A DNA stretch of 56,400 nt from Bacteroidales bacterium (GCA_015493215.1 WGDP01000205.1:1-56400), one strand, 5' to 3'. Positions 1 through 9,666 are shown, counted from the stretch's first letter. Notes: generated by a model from the sequence alone, not told the origin. Numbers and translations are program-made.

Positions 1-483
1 AAAAGCGAGAAGAAAGCGGAAAAACTACGTATTGACCACTTAAATAAAGAAAACGAGTTAAAATCGAATCAGCTGGCAATACATGCTTTAAACATGATGC
101 AGAAAAATAAAATGCTCAGGGAGTTGGGGAATGAGCTAAATGTACTTGAAAAACAACTAAATAAAGATGAGAAAACGCAACTAAAGAAAATAAGACGAAC
201 CATTACGAAAAACCTGAACTCCGAAAGAGAGTGGAACATTTTTCATCACTATTTCAGTTATATCCATCCTTCCTTTTTTGAAACATTAAAAGAGAAACAC
301 AAAGCCCTTACAACCTACGACATACGGCTGGCAGCGCTTATCAGGTTTAACCTTAGCACCCACGAAATTGCTGCTGCGCTAAACATTTCTCCCGGCAGTG
401 TAAAAACCGCCCGCCACCGTTTAAAAAAGAAACTAAACCTGCAACCAGATGACAATTTAGACCGGTTTTTGGGAAACATTTAA
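1..483 (+). CDS. C-terminal part of a LuxR/GerE-type HTH transcriptional regulator (5' end lies outside the window)
   Basis: Frame 1 is open from base 1 (KSEKKAEKLRIDHLNKENEL...) with no stop before the track's Met at 94, so the gene starts upstream. The C-terminus YDIRLAALIRFNLSTHEIAAALNISPGSVKTARHRLKKKL is a LuxR-type helix-turn-helix. Confidence 0.6.
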   Translation, partial: KSEKKAEKLRIDHLNKENELKSNQLAIHALNMMQKNKMLRELGNELNVLEKQLNKDEKTQLKKIRRTITKNLNSEREWNIFHHYFSYIHPSFFETLKEKHKALTTYDIRLAALIRFNLSTHEIAAALNISPGSVKTARHRLKKKLNLQPDDNLDRFLGNI

Positions 484-652
484 CCTTTGGCTATTTCCTG
501 TTTTGATGCGCAGGGGATTTCCACAAGCTCATCCGGATTCACCTGTCTGTCCTGTGGATTGAGTACATTACCCGGGCACCTTCCAATCTCCTAAATAATG
601 TTAAACCCAAACCTCTTTTTTATACACCTCTTTTACAGTTCAAATTTTCAGT

Positions 653-660
653 TAGTTTTG
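653..660 (+). promoter_or_regulatory. Candidate Bacteroidota -7 promoter box (TAGTTTTG) for nadK
   Basis: Matches the TAnnTTTG consensus of Bacteroidota sigma-A promoters, 22 nt upstream of the ATG at 682. Confidence 0.3.
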
Positions 661-681
661 CAATACCTAAAAATAGTATCT

Positions 682-1560
682 ATGCGTATAGCAATTTTTG
701 GAAAAGCTTTTGATGAAAGTCAACTCGATTATTTAAAGTTGTTTATAGAAGAACTTACAGCCCGTAAGGCCGAACTGTGCTTTTACGAACCCTACTTCGA
801 AGCGCTTAAAAAGAGTTTGGAACTCCCCAAAGGAGTCTGTTTTTACCGTACCCACCAGCAGTTGCGCAATCATGCCGATATGATGTTTTCCATTGGAGGC
901 GATGGTACCATGCTCGACACATTGCCCTATGTGCGCGATTCGGGGATTCCTATTTTGGGCATTAACCTCGGGCGCCTCGGGTTTTTATCAAGTATTCCCA
1001 AAGATGAAATTAAAGAGGCCATTGACAACGTGTGGAATAACAACTATTTTCTGGAACAGCGAACACTCATTCAACTTGTTAAGCCCGAAAATCTTTTCGG
1101 TGAACTCGATTTTGCATTAAATGACTTAACCATCTATCGTACCAACAGCGATTCGTTATTAACAGTACATGTTTATTTAGACAATAAGTTTTTAAATACC
1201 TATTGGGGTGACGGGTTAATTGTTTCCACGCCAACCGGTTCCACAGCTTACTCGTTGAGTGTTGGCGGGCCTATTGTTACGCCCGGTTCACAAAATTTTG
1301 TAATTGCGCCCATTGCTTCACACAATTTAACGGTACGTCCCATCGTTATTCAGGACAGTAATGAAATCAGAATCCGGGTAGAAGGACGTGAAACAAAGTA
1401 TCAGCTTACCATGGATTCGCGACAGAACACACTTGATATGAACGATGAGATTATTATTAAAAAGTGTGATTTTAAAGTGAATCTGGTACAAATGTATGAT
1501 AAAGACTTTTATACAACAATTCGTGAGAAGTTGCTTTGGGGTAAGGACGTCCGAAATTAG
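682..1560 (+). CDS. nadK: NAD+ kinase
   Basis: Carries the GGDGTML and NLGRLGFL motifs and a TPTGSTAYSLS(V)GGPI segment typical of NadK/PpnK. I prefer the internal Met (MRIAIFGK...) over the track start at 598. Confidence 0.9.
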   Translation: MRIAIFGKAFDESQLDYLKLFIEELTARKAELCFYEPYFEALKKSLELPKGVCFYRTHQQLRNHADMMFSIGGDGTMLDTLPYVRDSGIPILGINLGRLGFLSSIPKDEIKEAIDNVWNNNYFLEQRTLIQLVKPENLFGELDFALNDLTIYRTNSDSLLTVHVYLDNKFLNTYWGDGLIVSTPTGSTAYSLSVGGPIVTPGSQNFVIAPIASHNLTVRPIVIQDSNEIRIRVEGRETKYQLTMDSRQNTLDMNDEIIIKKCDFKVNLVQMYDKDFYTTIREKLLWGKDVRN

Positions 1561-1626
1561 ATGTCGGGTTTAAATAAAAAAAAGCTATTTTTGGCGCTCA
1601 AAATCAGGATGAAAGAAAACAAAAAC

Positions 1627-2421
1627 ATGAAAAAGGGTAACAACCTGAAATACTTATTTGTAGTACTCTTATTGGCAGTTGCCGGCTCTTCGGCAAAAGC
1701 ACAAAAAACATTGGAAGTGGGGCTTTTTGGTGGAACCTCTTATTATATTGGCGACCTCAACCCTGCCATCCCGTATAACATGGCTCAATTGGGCTATGGA
1801 GGCGTGGTAAGGCTAAACACTTCGCCACGGTGGACCTTTAAACTCTCTTACTCGCGCGGAAAAGTAAAAGGTGACGACTTAGTAACAAAGGCCGTAGCCA
1901 ACCGGAACTTAAACTTTGTTTCAACCATTAACGATTTTTCGCTGGTAAGTGAATTTAATTTTTGGGATTACTTTACAGGAAGCAAGAAAAGCTTTTTTAC
2001 TCCCTACCTGTTTGGCGGTGTTGGCTTTTTTCTGTTTAACACCAAGGCACTGGATGGTACACCCTTGCAACCACTGGGTACCGAAGGCCAAAATGCAGGG
2101 TTCGACGGACGTAAACCCTATGCAAAATATGGCGTTGCCTTTCCGTTTGGCTTTGGATTTAAATACAGCATAAACGACAAACTGGGTCTTGCTTTCGAAT
2201 GGGGCATGCGCAAAACATTTACCGACTATATAGATGATGTAAGCACTACCTATTACGACAACTCGGTTAACGACCCCTACTCCGACCCCACAGCATCGCA
2301 CGATGCATACGAACAACGTGGCAACAGCAAAACAAACGACTGGTACAACTTTACCGGCATTACGCTTACCTATAAATTTGATTTGTATAACAAACGTAAT
2401 TGCCACGTTGGTAAATGGTAA
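1627..2421 (+). CDS. Outer-membrane beta-barrel protein (DUF6089/OmpA-barrel-like)
   Basis: Has a signal peptide (MKKGNNLKYLFVVLLLAVAGSSAKAQ), alternating aromatic/glycine beta-strand pattern and a C-terminal aromatic strand (LTYKF). It occupies the conserved position between nadK and uppS. Confidence 0.6.
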   Translation: MKKGNNLKYLFVVLLLAVAGSSAKAQKTLEVGLFGGTSYYIGDLNPAIPYNMAQLGYGGVVRLNTSPRWTFKLSYSRGKVKGDDLVTKAVANRNLNFVSTINDFSLVSEFNFWDYFTGSKKSFFTPYLFGGVGFFLFNTKALDGTPLQPLGTEGQNAGFDGRKPYAKYGVAFPFGFGFKYSINDKLGLAFEWGMRKTFTDYIDDVSTTYYDNSVNDPYSDPTASHDAYEQRGNSKTNDWYNFTGITLTYKFDLYNKRNCHVGKW

Positions 2422-2434
2422 CCTTAGAAAAAGC

Positions 2435-3178
2435 ATGAGTTTAAAAGAAAAAATAGTTGATGAAAGGCTGCCGCAGCACATTGCAATCATTATGGATGGC
2501 AATGGCAGATGGGCAAAAAAGCACGGCAAGGAGCGTTACGAAGGACACTACGAAGGTGTTGAAACCGTACGTAAAATTGTTGAGGCTTCTGCCGAATTGG
2601 GTATTAAATTTCTGACACTGTATGCTTTTTCAACCGAAAACTGGCGCCGGCCTAAAGAAGAGGTGGATGCACTGATGCACCTTTTTGTGGAAACCATCCA
2701 ACAGGAGTTGCCCACGCTTAACAAAAACGGTATTCGTTTACGAGCCATTGGCGATATTGCCAGTATGCCTCAACAAAATATTGATAAGCTAAACGAAACC
2801 ATGGCCAAAACCGAAAACAACAGCAAAATGGATCTTATTCTGGCACTAAGTTATAGTGGCAGGTGGGAAATTTTAGATGCTGTTAAAAAAATTGTGGCCG
2901 ACCAGAAAAAAAACCTTATCTCAGCCGAAGATATTGACGAAAAACTGTTTTCAACTTACTTAAACACAGCTGGTATTCCCGACCCTGAACTATTGATAAG
3001 AACCAGCGGCGAACTTAGAATCAGTAACTATTTACTATGGCAAATAGCCTACACCGAGTTGTACATTACACCAAAATTATGGCCCGAGTTCGATAAAGAA
3101 GATTTGTATGAAGCCATCCTTGATTTCCAAAGCAGAGAACGGAGATTTGGAATGACAAGTGATCAGATTAAAAGGTAG
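2435..3178 (+). CDS. uppS: Isoprenyl transferase (undecaprenyl-diphosphate synthase)
   Basis: Shows IIMDGNGRWA, FSTENWRRP and RTSGELRISNYLLWQIAYTELY, which are diagnostic cis-prenyltransferase motifs. The start was moved to MSLKEK at 2435. Confidence 0.9.
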   Translation: MSLKEKIVDERLPQHIAIIMDGNGRWAKKHGKERYEGHYEGVETVRKIVEASAELGIKFLTLYAFSTENWRRPKEEVDALMHLFVETIQQELPTLNKNGIRLRAIGDIASMPQQNIDKLNETMAKTENNSKMDLILALSYSGRWEILDAVKKIVADQKKNLISAEDIDEKLFSTYLNTAGIPDPELLIRTSGELRISNYLLWQIAYTELYITPKLWPEFDKEDLYEAILDFQSRERRFGMTSDQIKR

Positions 3179-3181
3179 AAA

Positions 3182-5833
3182 GTGGAAATGAAAAAAGAGA
3201 TTATACTTCCGAGTATTAAAAAAATGGTGTTAGTGGCATTGCTTGTGCTTCCCTTTTTGGGGAACGCCCAAATAAGCATCGGCAACGACCTGTCAAAAAT
3301 AAATTACGCCTCGCCAACTCCTTACACAATTGGAGGAATTACGGTTTCGGGTATCGAATACCTCGATAAAAATGTAATCATAATGCTTTCCGACCTGGAG
3401 GTCGGGAAAAAAATCAGGGTACCGGGCGACGAAATTTCGAGTGCCATCAGAAAACTGTGGGATCAGGGGCTGTTTGAAGACATTAAAATTATCGCCACCG
3501 ATATTAAAGGCGATAAAATTTTTCTTGATATCTATTTAAAAGAGCGGCCAAGGCTCAATAAATTTTCGTTTTCAGGTGTTAAAAAAACGGCTGCCGACGA
3601 TATTCGTGAAAAAATTAACCTTACCCGTGGCGATGTGGTTACCGAACACCTTAAAATAAGAACCGCCAACATTATTAAAGACTATTTTCGTGACAAAGGA
3701 TATCTGAACACCGAGGTCAAGATTAACGAAACTCCCGATAAAAAAAGTAAAAACTTTGTAAACCTTGCCATTCAAATTAAAAAGAATAAAAAGGTTAAAA
3801 TCGAGCACATTAACATTTATGGAAACCATGCCCTTTCGGCTGATGCGGTTAGGAGCGCCATGAAAGAAACCAAAGAGCGCGGGCACCTTAATCCGTTGGA
3901 CAGCCTCGGGCCAACCATTATAACCATGGTACAACATGCGGTAAGGTTTCAGTTTAAACAAATACCCGAAGACCTGGCACACTTTTTTGTTACAAACTAT
4001 AAGGTTAAAATTTTTAAAGGCTCAAAATTTATAGAAAGCGATTATAAGGATGACCTTAAAAAGATTGTAGAAAAATACAATAAAAAAGGATATCGTGATG
4101 CCCATATTGTGAGCGATTCGGTTTATAAAATCGACAACGAAAACATAGCCATCGACATCCATATCGACGAGGGAAACCGATATTATTTCAGAAACATAAA
4201 ATGGATTGGAAACACCATTTACAATTCACGGTTTCTTACCCAAATACTGGGAATACGCAAAGGGGATGTTTACAACCGCGATTTGCTTGAAACCAACCTG
4301 CAATACAATCCCGAAGGGTTTGACATTAGCTCACTTTATATGGATAACGGCTACCTGTTTTTTAATGCCACCCCTGTTGAAACTTATGTAAACAACGATT
4401 CCATTGATTTGGAAATCAGAATTCACGAAGGGAAGCAGGCACGTATTAACAAGGTTACCATTAAAGGAAATACCAAAACCAACGACCACGTTGTAATTCG
4501 CGAGCTGCGTACCATTCCCGGGCATCTGTTTAGCCGTTCCGATGTTATTCGTTCAACCCGCGAGCTGGCACAGTTAAAATATTTTAATGCCGAAAATTTA
4601 AAACCAAACATTAATCCTAACCCTGCTGACGGTTCTGTTGATATTGAATATCAGGTAGAAGAGGCATCAGCCGACCAAATTGAGCTTTCAGGAGGATGGG
4701 GCTACGGCAGGATTATCGGAACCCTGGGGTTGAGTTTTAATAACTTTTCCATTCGTAACTTTTTTAACAAAGGCGCCTGGAAACCTATCCCTTCGGGCGA
4801 TGGCCAAAAACTATCGTTAAAATTTCAAACTTACGGTGTGGGATACATGAGTTGGAGTGCTTCGTTTACCGAACCCTGGCTTGGGGGACGCAAGCCCAAT
4901 GCACTTACCCTGTCGTATTATCACTCGCGTTACGGCAACGGATTGCCATCGTGGAACGAAAAAAGTTCTTCGTTTGTTATTAACGGATATACCGTTGGTT
5001 TGGGAAAAAGGCTTACCTGGCCCGATGACTTCTTTACGCTGTATCAGGCAGTTAACCTCCAGTTTTATAAGCTTAAAAACTATTCAACAATCTTTCCTGT
5101 TGGAACCGGAACCGGCAACTTTAATAACCTGAGCTACGAAATTATTTTGGGTCGTAACTCCACCAACGCTCCCATTTATCCTCGTAACGGCTCTGATTTG
5201 TCGTTATCTCTCGAATTGACACCCCCTTATTCGCTTTTCTCATCGCAGGATTATACAAACCTCGATGATAATTCAAAGTACAAATGGATTGAGTATCACA
5301 AATGGAAAATTAAAGCCTACTGGTATTTTGAGCTGATGGATAAACTTGTGTTGGCCACCAAATTCAGATACGGATTTTTGGGACACTACAATGCTGACTT
5401 GGGCAACACCCCTTTCGAGCGGTTTTACCTTGGTGGCGACGGAATGTCGGGGTACAACAACTTTGACGGGCGCGAAATTATTGCCATGCGCGGATACACC
5501 AACGAGTCGGTTACACCGTTGTATTATAAAGATAAAAATATTGGCGGAACCATCTATTCGAGATATACTCTGGAGTTAAGGTATCCGCTTTCGCTCAATC
5601 CCAATTCCACCATTTATGCCCTGGCCTTTTTTGAAGCCGGAAACTCATGGTTGAATTTTAACAACTTCGACCCCTTTAATGTTAAAAGGGCAGCCGGTGT
5701 GGGATTCAGAGTATTTTTACCCATGTTTGGTATGCTGGGACTCGACTGGGCTTACGGTTTCGATCCCATTCCGGGATTGCCAAGCGCCAGCGGAAGCCAC
5801 TTCCACTTCTCACTTAACCAGTCGCTGGATTAA
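3182..5833 (+). CDS. bamA: Outer membrane protein assembly factor BamA
   Basis: About 880 aa with a signal peptide, repeated POTRA-like segments and an Omp85 C-terminal barrel (GVGFRVFLPMFGMLGLDWAYGF). It lies directly downstream of uppS and upstream of the ompH genes. The track start is GTG; an ATG follows at 3188. Confidence 0.9.
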   Translation: MEMKKEIILPSIKKMVLVALLVLPFLGNAQISIGNDLSKINYASPTPYTIGGITVSGIEYLDKNVIIMLSDLEVGKKIRVPGDEISSAIRKLWDQGLFEDIKIIATDIKGDKIFLDIYLKERPRLNKFSFSGVKKTAADDIREKINLTRGDVVTEHLKIRTANIIKDYFRDKGYLNTEVKINETPDKKSKNFVNLAIQIKKNKKVKIEHINIYGNHALSADAVRSAMKETKERGHLNPLDSLGPTIITMVQHAVRFQFKQIPEDLAHFFVTNYKVKIFKGSKFIESDYKDDLKKIVEKYNKKGYRDAHIVSDSVYKIDNENIAIDIHIDEGNRYYFRNIKWIGNTIYNSRFLTQILGIRKGDVYNRDLLETNLQYNPEGFDISSLYMDNGYLFFNATPVETYVNNDSIDLEIRIHEGKQARINKVTIKGNTKTNDHVVIRELRTIPGHLFSRSDVIRSTRELAQLKYFNAENLKPNINPNPADGSVDIEYQVEEASADQIELSGGWGYGRIIGTLGLSFNNFSIRNFFNKGAWKPIPSGDGQKLSLKFQTYGVGYMSWSASFTEPWLGGRKPNALTLSYYHSRYGNGLPSWNEKSSSFVINGYTVGLGKRLTWPDDFFTLYQAVNLQFYKLKNYSTIFPVGTGTGNFNNLSYEIILGRNSTNAPIYPRNGSDLSLSLELTPPYSLFSSQDYTNLDDNSKYKWIEYHKWKIKAYWYFELMDKLVLATKFRYGFLGHYNADLGNTPFERFYLGGDGMSGYNNFDGREIIAMRGYTNESVTPLYYKDKNIGGTIYSRYTLELRYPLSLNPNSTIYALAFFEAGNSWLNFNNFDPFNVKRAAGVGFRVFLPMFGMLGLDWAYGFDPIPGLPSASGSHFHFSLNQSLD

Positions 5834-5883
5834 TTTTGGCAAAGTTTTTGAACATTATATAGAAATCCTTAAAACTTATAACC

Positions 5884-6453
5884 ATGAAAAAACAAGTAAT
5901 AACTGCTGCATTGGCAACCCTTTTATTAACAATAGGTTTTTCTATTCAGGCCAATGCACAATCGCAAAAATATGCTTATGTTGACAGCGAATATGTTCTT
6001 GATAACATACCTGAATATCACGATGCTCAGGACGAGTTAAACAGCTGGTCGGAAAAATGGCAGAAAGAAATTGATACCCTTTATTCGCAAATCGACCATC
6101 TTTACAAAAAATATCAGGCCGAAAAAGTATTGTTGCCGGATGATGTTAAAAAGAAAAGAGAAGACGAGATTGTTAAAAAAGAGGGCGAAATGAAAGCTCT
6201 TCAGCAAAAATATTTTGGCCCTCAGGGGGAGTTGTACAAAAAAAGAAAAGAGTTGGTTCAACCCATTCAGGAAAAAGTATATAACGCCATCGAATCGTTG
6301 GCCAAAACCAATAATTACGCTTTTGTGTTTGATAAATCGGGAGGCGTTACCATTCTTTATGCCGCCCCCAAATACGACATTAGCGATGATGTATTGGATG
6401 AAGTGGGCACGGTAATGCAAACAGTAAGACGCGATAGCAGAAAGAAAAAGTAA
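5884..6453 (+). CDS. OmpH/Skp-family periplasmic chaperone
   Basis: Signal peptide followed by a Q/K/E-rich coiled-coil body. The start (QKYAYVDSEYVL) and end (NNYAFVFDKSG) are typical of OmpH, and the gene follows bamA. Confidence 0.8.
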   Translation: MKKQVITAALATLLLTIGFSIQANAQSQKYAYVDSEYVLDNIPEYHDAQDELNSWSEKWQKEIDTLYSQIDHLYKKYQAEKVLLPDDVKKKREDEIVKKEGEMKALQQKYFGPQGELYKKRKELVQPIQEKVYNAIESLAKTNNYAFVFDKSGGVTILYAAPKYDISDDVLDEVGTVMQTVRRDSRKKK

Positions 6454-6598
6454 AAATTTTTTAGTTGTTGAATATTGAAATTGCTGTTTTTTTGGCGATT
6501 TAACATGTTTTAAATTAACACCTATTCTTTTTTTTCTAAATTTGCTGCCTAAAAATCACACAAATAAATTAATTTACAGTAAAATAAGTTTTTTAAAG

Positions 6599-7105
6599 AT
6601 GAAAAAACCATTAGCAATTTTAATCGTAGCCCTTTTAATTTCAGGGATGAGTTTTGGTCAAACAAATGCAAAATTTGGATACATTGATTCCAATAAAATT
6701 TTGACTGAAATGCCTCAAACCGATTCTTTACAAAAAGAATTAAAAAATTATGCCGATTATTTAGATCAGCAAATGCAGACCATGGGGCAGGAATATCAGA
6801 AAAAAGTTCAGGATTATCAGCAAAATGTTGCCGGCATGTCCGACCTCATTCGCCAAACCAAAGAAAAAGAGATAACCGACCTGCAACAACGTATTCAGGC
6901 TTTTCAGGCTTCAGCCGATCAGGATCTTCAGAAAAAACAGCAAGAACTATTTAACCCTGTTATTCAGCAGATTAAAGATGCCATTACAGCAGTTGGTAAA
7001 GAAAACAATTACAATTACATTTTAGATGTAGGTACCGGTGCTGTTGTATTTTATCAGGGTGATGATGTTTTAGGCCTTGTAAAGAAAAAATTGGGCATCA
7101 AGTAA
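6599..7105 (+). CDS. OmpH/Skp-family periplasmic chaperone (second paralog)
   Basis: Signal peptide MKKPLAILIVALLISGMSFGQ, then KFGYIDSNKIL ... NNYNYILDVG with the same architecture as the preceding gene. The start was moved to 6599. Confidence 0.8.
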   Translation: MKKPLAILIVALLISGMSFGQTNAKFGYIDSNKILTEMPQTDSLQKELKNYADYLDQQMQTMGQEYQKKVQDYQQNVAGMSDLIRQTKEKEITDLQQRIQAFQASADQDLQKKQQELFNPVIQQIKDAITAVGKENNYNYILDVGTGAVVFYQGDDVLGLVKKKLGIK

Positions 7106-7125
7106 AATTGCCTTTAAAATCAATT

Positions 7126-7160
7126 AAAAGCCTCACTGTTAAAACAATGAGGCTTTTTTG
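7126..7160 (+). terminator. Rho-independent terminator after the bamA-ompH-ompH unit
   Basis: Stem aaaagcctca / tgaggctttt with a 12-nt loop, followed by a T-run (7154-7159), 21 nt after the ompH stop. Confidence 0.6.
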
Positions 7161-7198
7161 GTTACAAGGGTTTATAACCTCCCTTATAGTTCTACACT

Positions 7199-7328
7199 AA
7201 AGCTTATTCAAATTTCAGATGGTAAAGTTTGTTATCTGTAACTAACCCCGCTCTTTCAGGTTTGTAACCTGAAAGACTAAAAGACTACCAAAGCTTATTC
7301 AAATTTCAGATGGTAAAGTTTGTTATCT
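7199..7328. repeat. Perfect 39-bp direct repeat pair flanking a 10-bp-stem hairpin
   Basis: aaagcttattcaaatttcagatggtaaagtttgttatct occurs at 7199-7237 and again at 7290-7328. The hairpin ctttcaggtt-tgt-aacctgaaag sits between them at 7253-7275. Confidence 0.85.
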
Positions 7329-7401
7329 TTGTATAATAATATTTTATAAAAACAAGGTTATAATGAAAATTGAAAAGGTTTTTTTAATGGTCGTTTTTTG
7401 G

Positions 7402-8421
7402 TCAGCTAAACCTTAGCAACTCCCTTGCAGTTTCGTCCGGATTATCTTTTTTGCGTTCTACCTTAATAATACTTTCAGGGTTGCGTTTTGAAATGCCAAA
7501 TTCGTAGGCTTTGTCGTAATAGCGCAAAGTTAAACCGGCTACTTTTGCAAGCTCATTGTTGTTTAATGCCTCAAGTGCTTCGTTGGCAAACTGTCCGCCA
7601 AGCCTTTCACGAATTTTTTCAATCTGTTCGGCCAGCAGTTGTTTTTCAAAGTTACCATACTCTTTTACAAGCCGCTTTACCCGTTCAGCCTTTGGAATAA
7701 CTACTTTAATAACTGTGGCGTTTCGCATTTGAACAAACAGAGGGTCAGGAATGCCGCAGGTGCCCAGTTGCCGGCTTTCGTCTTCAATCCATATCGGTTT
7801 TGAAAAATCAAATTTCAACCAGGCGTTAGCAAGATTGTTTTCAAACTGCTCGTTGGAGGGTTGTGGGTGCTGTCCCAACGGGCCAAATACCGAACCCTTA
7901 TGGTGCGCAATCCCTTCAATATCCAAAAACTGTTGACCAAGTTTTTCCAGCTCCTTTAAAATAGCCGTTTTACCGCTTCCGGTATAACCGCCGAGCACAA
8001 TAATTTTTGCAGGCCTTGAAAATTGTTCTCTGATGTATCGGCGATAGGCTTTGTATCCGCCATCCAGCACCATGGGTTTAAGCCCTGCAGTTTCAAAAAG
8101 CCAGGCTATGCTGCCTGAGCGCATGCCTCCCCGCCAGCAATGAACCATGATTTTTTTGTCCTTTTTTACCAGTTTTTTTGCCTGTTTCACAAATCCGGCC
8201 ATTTTTGGACCCACATACTCTAATCCAAGTAAAACGGCATTTTCTTTGCCGCCCTGTTTATACCTGATGCCCACCTGTTTTCGCTCTTCGTTATCGAAAA
8301 GAGGAATGTTAACGGCACCGGGAATATGAGCTTTGGCATATTCGGCAGGCGACCGAACATCCACCAACGGCAGGGTGTGGGTCAGGGGCAAAAAATCTTT
8401 AATGGGTAATTTAACAGGCAT
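7402..8421 (-). CDS. selU: tRNA 2-selenouridine(34) synthase
   Basis: N-terminal rhodanese domain with active-site loop HCWRGGMRS, followed by the P-loop GGYTGSGKT. Length (~340 aa) and layout match SelU/MnmH (YbbB). Confidence 0.85.
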   Translation of the reverse strand: MPVKLPIKDFLPLTHTLPLVDVRSPAEYAKAHIPGAVNIPLFDNEERKQVGIRYKQGGKENAVLLGLEYVGPKMAGFVKQAKKLVKKDKKIMVHCWRGGMRSGSIAWLFETAGLKPMVLDGGYKAYRRYIREQFSRPAKIIVLGGYTGSGKTAILKELEKLGQQFLDIEGIAHHKGSVFGPLGQHPQPSNEQFENNLANAWLKFDFSKPIWIEDESRQLGTCGIPDPLFVQMRNATVIKVVIPKAERVKRLVKEYGNFEKQLLAEQIEKIRERLGGQFANEALEALNNNELAKVAGLTLRYYDKAYEFGISKRNPESIIKVERKKDNPDETARELLRFS

Positions 8422-8571
8422 AATATTATTTGTTGCAAGGGTTTAAATATGGTGCACGCCGCATTTTAAAATTATAACTTTTCAAACTATCAATATGTTT
8501 ATTTCGTGTATTAACTTTCATATTTACATATAATTGCGGTATGCACTATATTTATTGACAGAGCCTGTGTA

Positions 8572-9666
8572 TCAATTATTTAATTCATAATTTGTACTTC
8601 TTCCGCCTGATTTCTCTTGTCTTAATATACCTTTTTCTATTAAGTCTTTAATATCCCTTAAAGCTGTGTCCTGCGAACATTTTGTGATTTTTGCCCATTT
8701 CGATGTTTTCAGTTTTCCTTCAAATCCATCCAAAAGTTTATTTAGCATTAAGCGTTGCCGACTGTTTAATTCCGTGTTTTTATGTTTGTCCCAGAAATCA
8801 GCTTTGTATAAAACTTTTTCAATGGTTTTTTCTGAATTTTTTAATACACGAAATAAACAATTTAAAAACCAAACTATCCATTCTGTTATATCAGCATCAT
8901 TGTGTTGAACTTTTTGTAAAGTATCGTAATATATTTTTCGTTCCAATAACATTTGGTTTGATAAACTGTAAAATCGCAAGGAACTATTATCAGAACGGGC
9001 TAATAATAAATCGGATATCGCCCTGGCTATACGTCCGTTACCATCATCAAAAGGATGTATTATTATAAACCATAAATGAGCAATGGCTGACTTAATAACC
9101 ATATCAATATCCGTATAGTTATTAAACCAGTCCAAAAATCTGTCCATTTCAAATTTAACCTGTTTCACGGGCACAGCCTGATAATGTACTTTTTCTTTTC
9201 CCATTGCGCCTGAAACAATTTGCATTTCATCTTTTCTATAACAAGCCACATCAATTTCATACAAACCACTTCTTCCTATCGGGAAAAGAGCTCCGTGCCA
9301 AGCAAATAACCTTTCTTCATCAAGAGGTTTTTCATAGTTTTGAGTAGCATCAAGCAACATTTCAACAACACCTTCAACATTTCTGTCAGGATAGACCATT
9401 CCCGCATACTCAATTCCTAATCTTCTTGCAATGGAAGAACGAACTTGCTCGTAATTTAAAAATTCGCCTTCTATTTCAGATGATTTAACTACATCAAGTG
9501 TCAAAGTTGACAATATTGTTTCTTCTTTAATAGAAAAACCGAGGGCATTTATTTGGCCAAATATTTTACCTTGTAAATATCTAAGTTTGCCCAGTAAAAC
9601 ATGGATTTCCCTTTCATTCCAAGTGAAATCAGGCCAACTCTTATATTGATATATGTATTTTGCCAT
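8572..9666 (-). CDS. Fic-family protein (AMPylase-type, class II autoinhibited) with C-terminal winged-helix
   Basis: Catalytic motif HPFDDGNGRIAR (HxFx[D/E]GNGRxxR). An upstream SSEIEG fits the S/TxxxE[G/N] inhibitory helix. The N-terminal YKSWPDFTW region is DUF4172-like. Confidence 0.85.
   Translation of the reverse strand: MAKYIYQYKSWPDFTWNEREIHVLLGKLRYLQGKIFGQINALGFSIKEETILSTLTLDVVKSSEIEGEFLNYEQVRSSIARRLGIEYAGMVYPDRNVEGVVEMLLDATQNYEKPLDEERLFAWHGALFPIGRSGLYEIDVACYRKDEMQIVSGAMGKEKVHYQAVPVKQVKFEMDRFLDWFNNYTDIDMVIKSAIAHLWFIIIHPFDDGNGRIARAISDLLLARSDNSSLRFYSLSNQMLLERKIYYDTLQKVQHNDADITEWIVWFLNCLFRVLKNSEKTIEKVLYKADFWDKHKNTELNSRQRLMLNKLLDGFEGKLKTSKWAKITKCSQDTALRDIKDLIEKGILRQEKSGGRSTNYELNN

Noticed and set aside
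598-681. 5' extensions of track ORFs: nadK from 598, OM barrel from 1561, uppS from 2303, ompH from 6542, proS to 21254, tolC from 27864, ABC-2 from 31677, OB-fold from 35541, permease from 24459
   Set aside because: In each case an internal Met gives a protein that starts with the expected signal peptide or conserved N-terminus. The extension overlaps the upstream gene or an intergenic promoter region. Several of the extensions begin at non-ATG codons.
1921-2529. 202-aa minus-strand ORF overlapping the OM barrel gene and the start of uppS
   Set aside because: It is antisense to two genes with clear family motifs. Its translation is low-complexity and Cys/Phe-rich with no motif. This is a typical shadow ORF.
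3572-3982. 136-aa minus-strand ORF inside bamA, with similar antisense ORFs at 4331-4611 and 6037-6420
   Set aside because: They lie entirely within strongly supported plus-strand genes and have no motifs.
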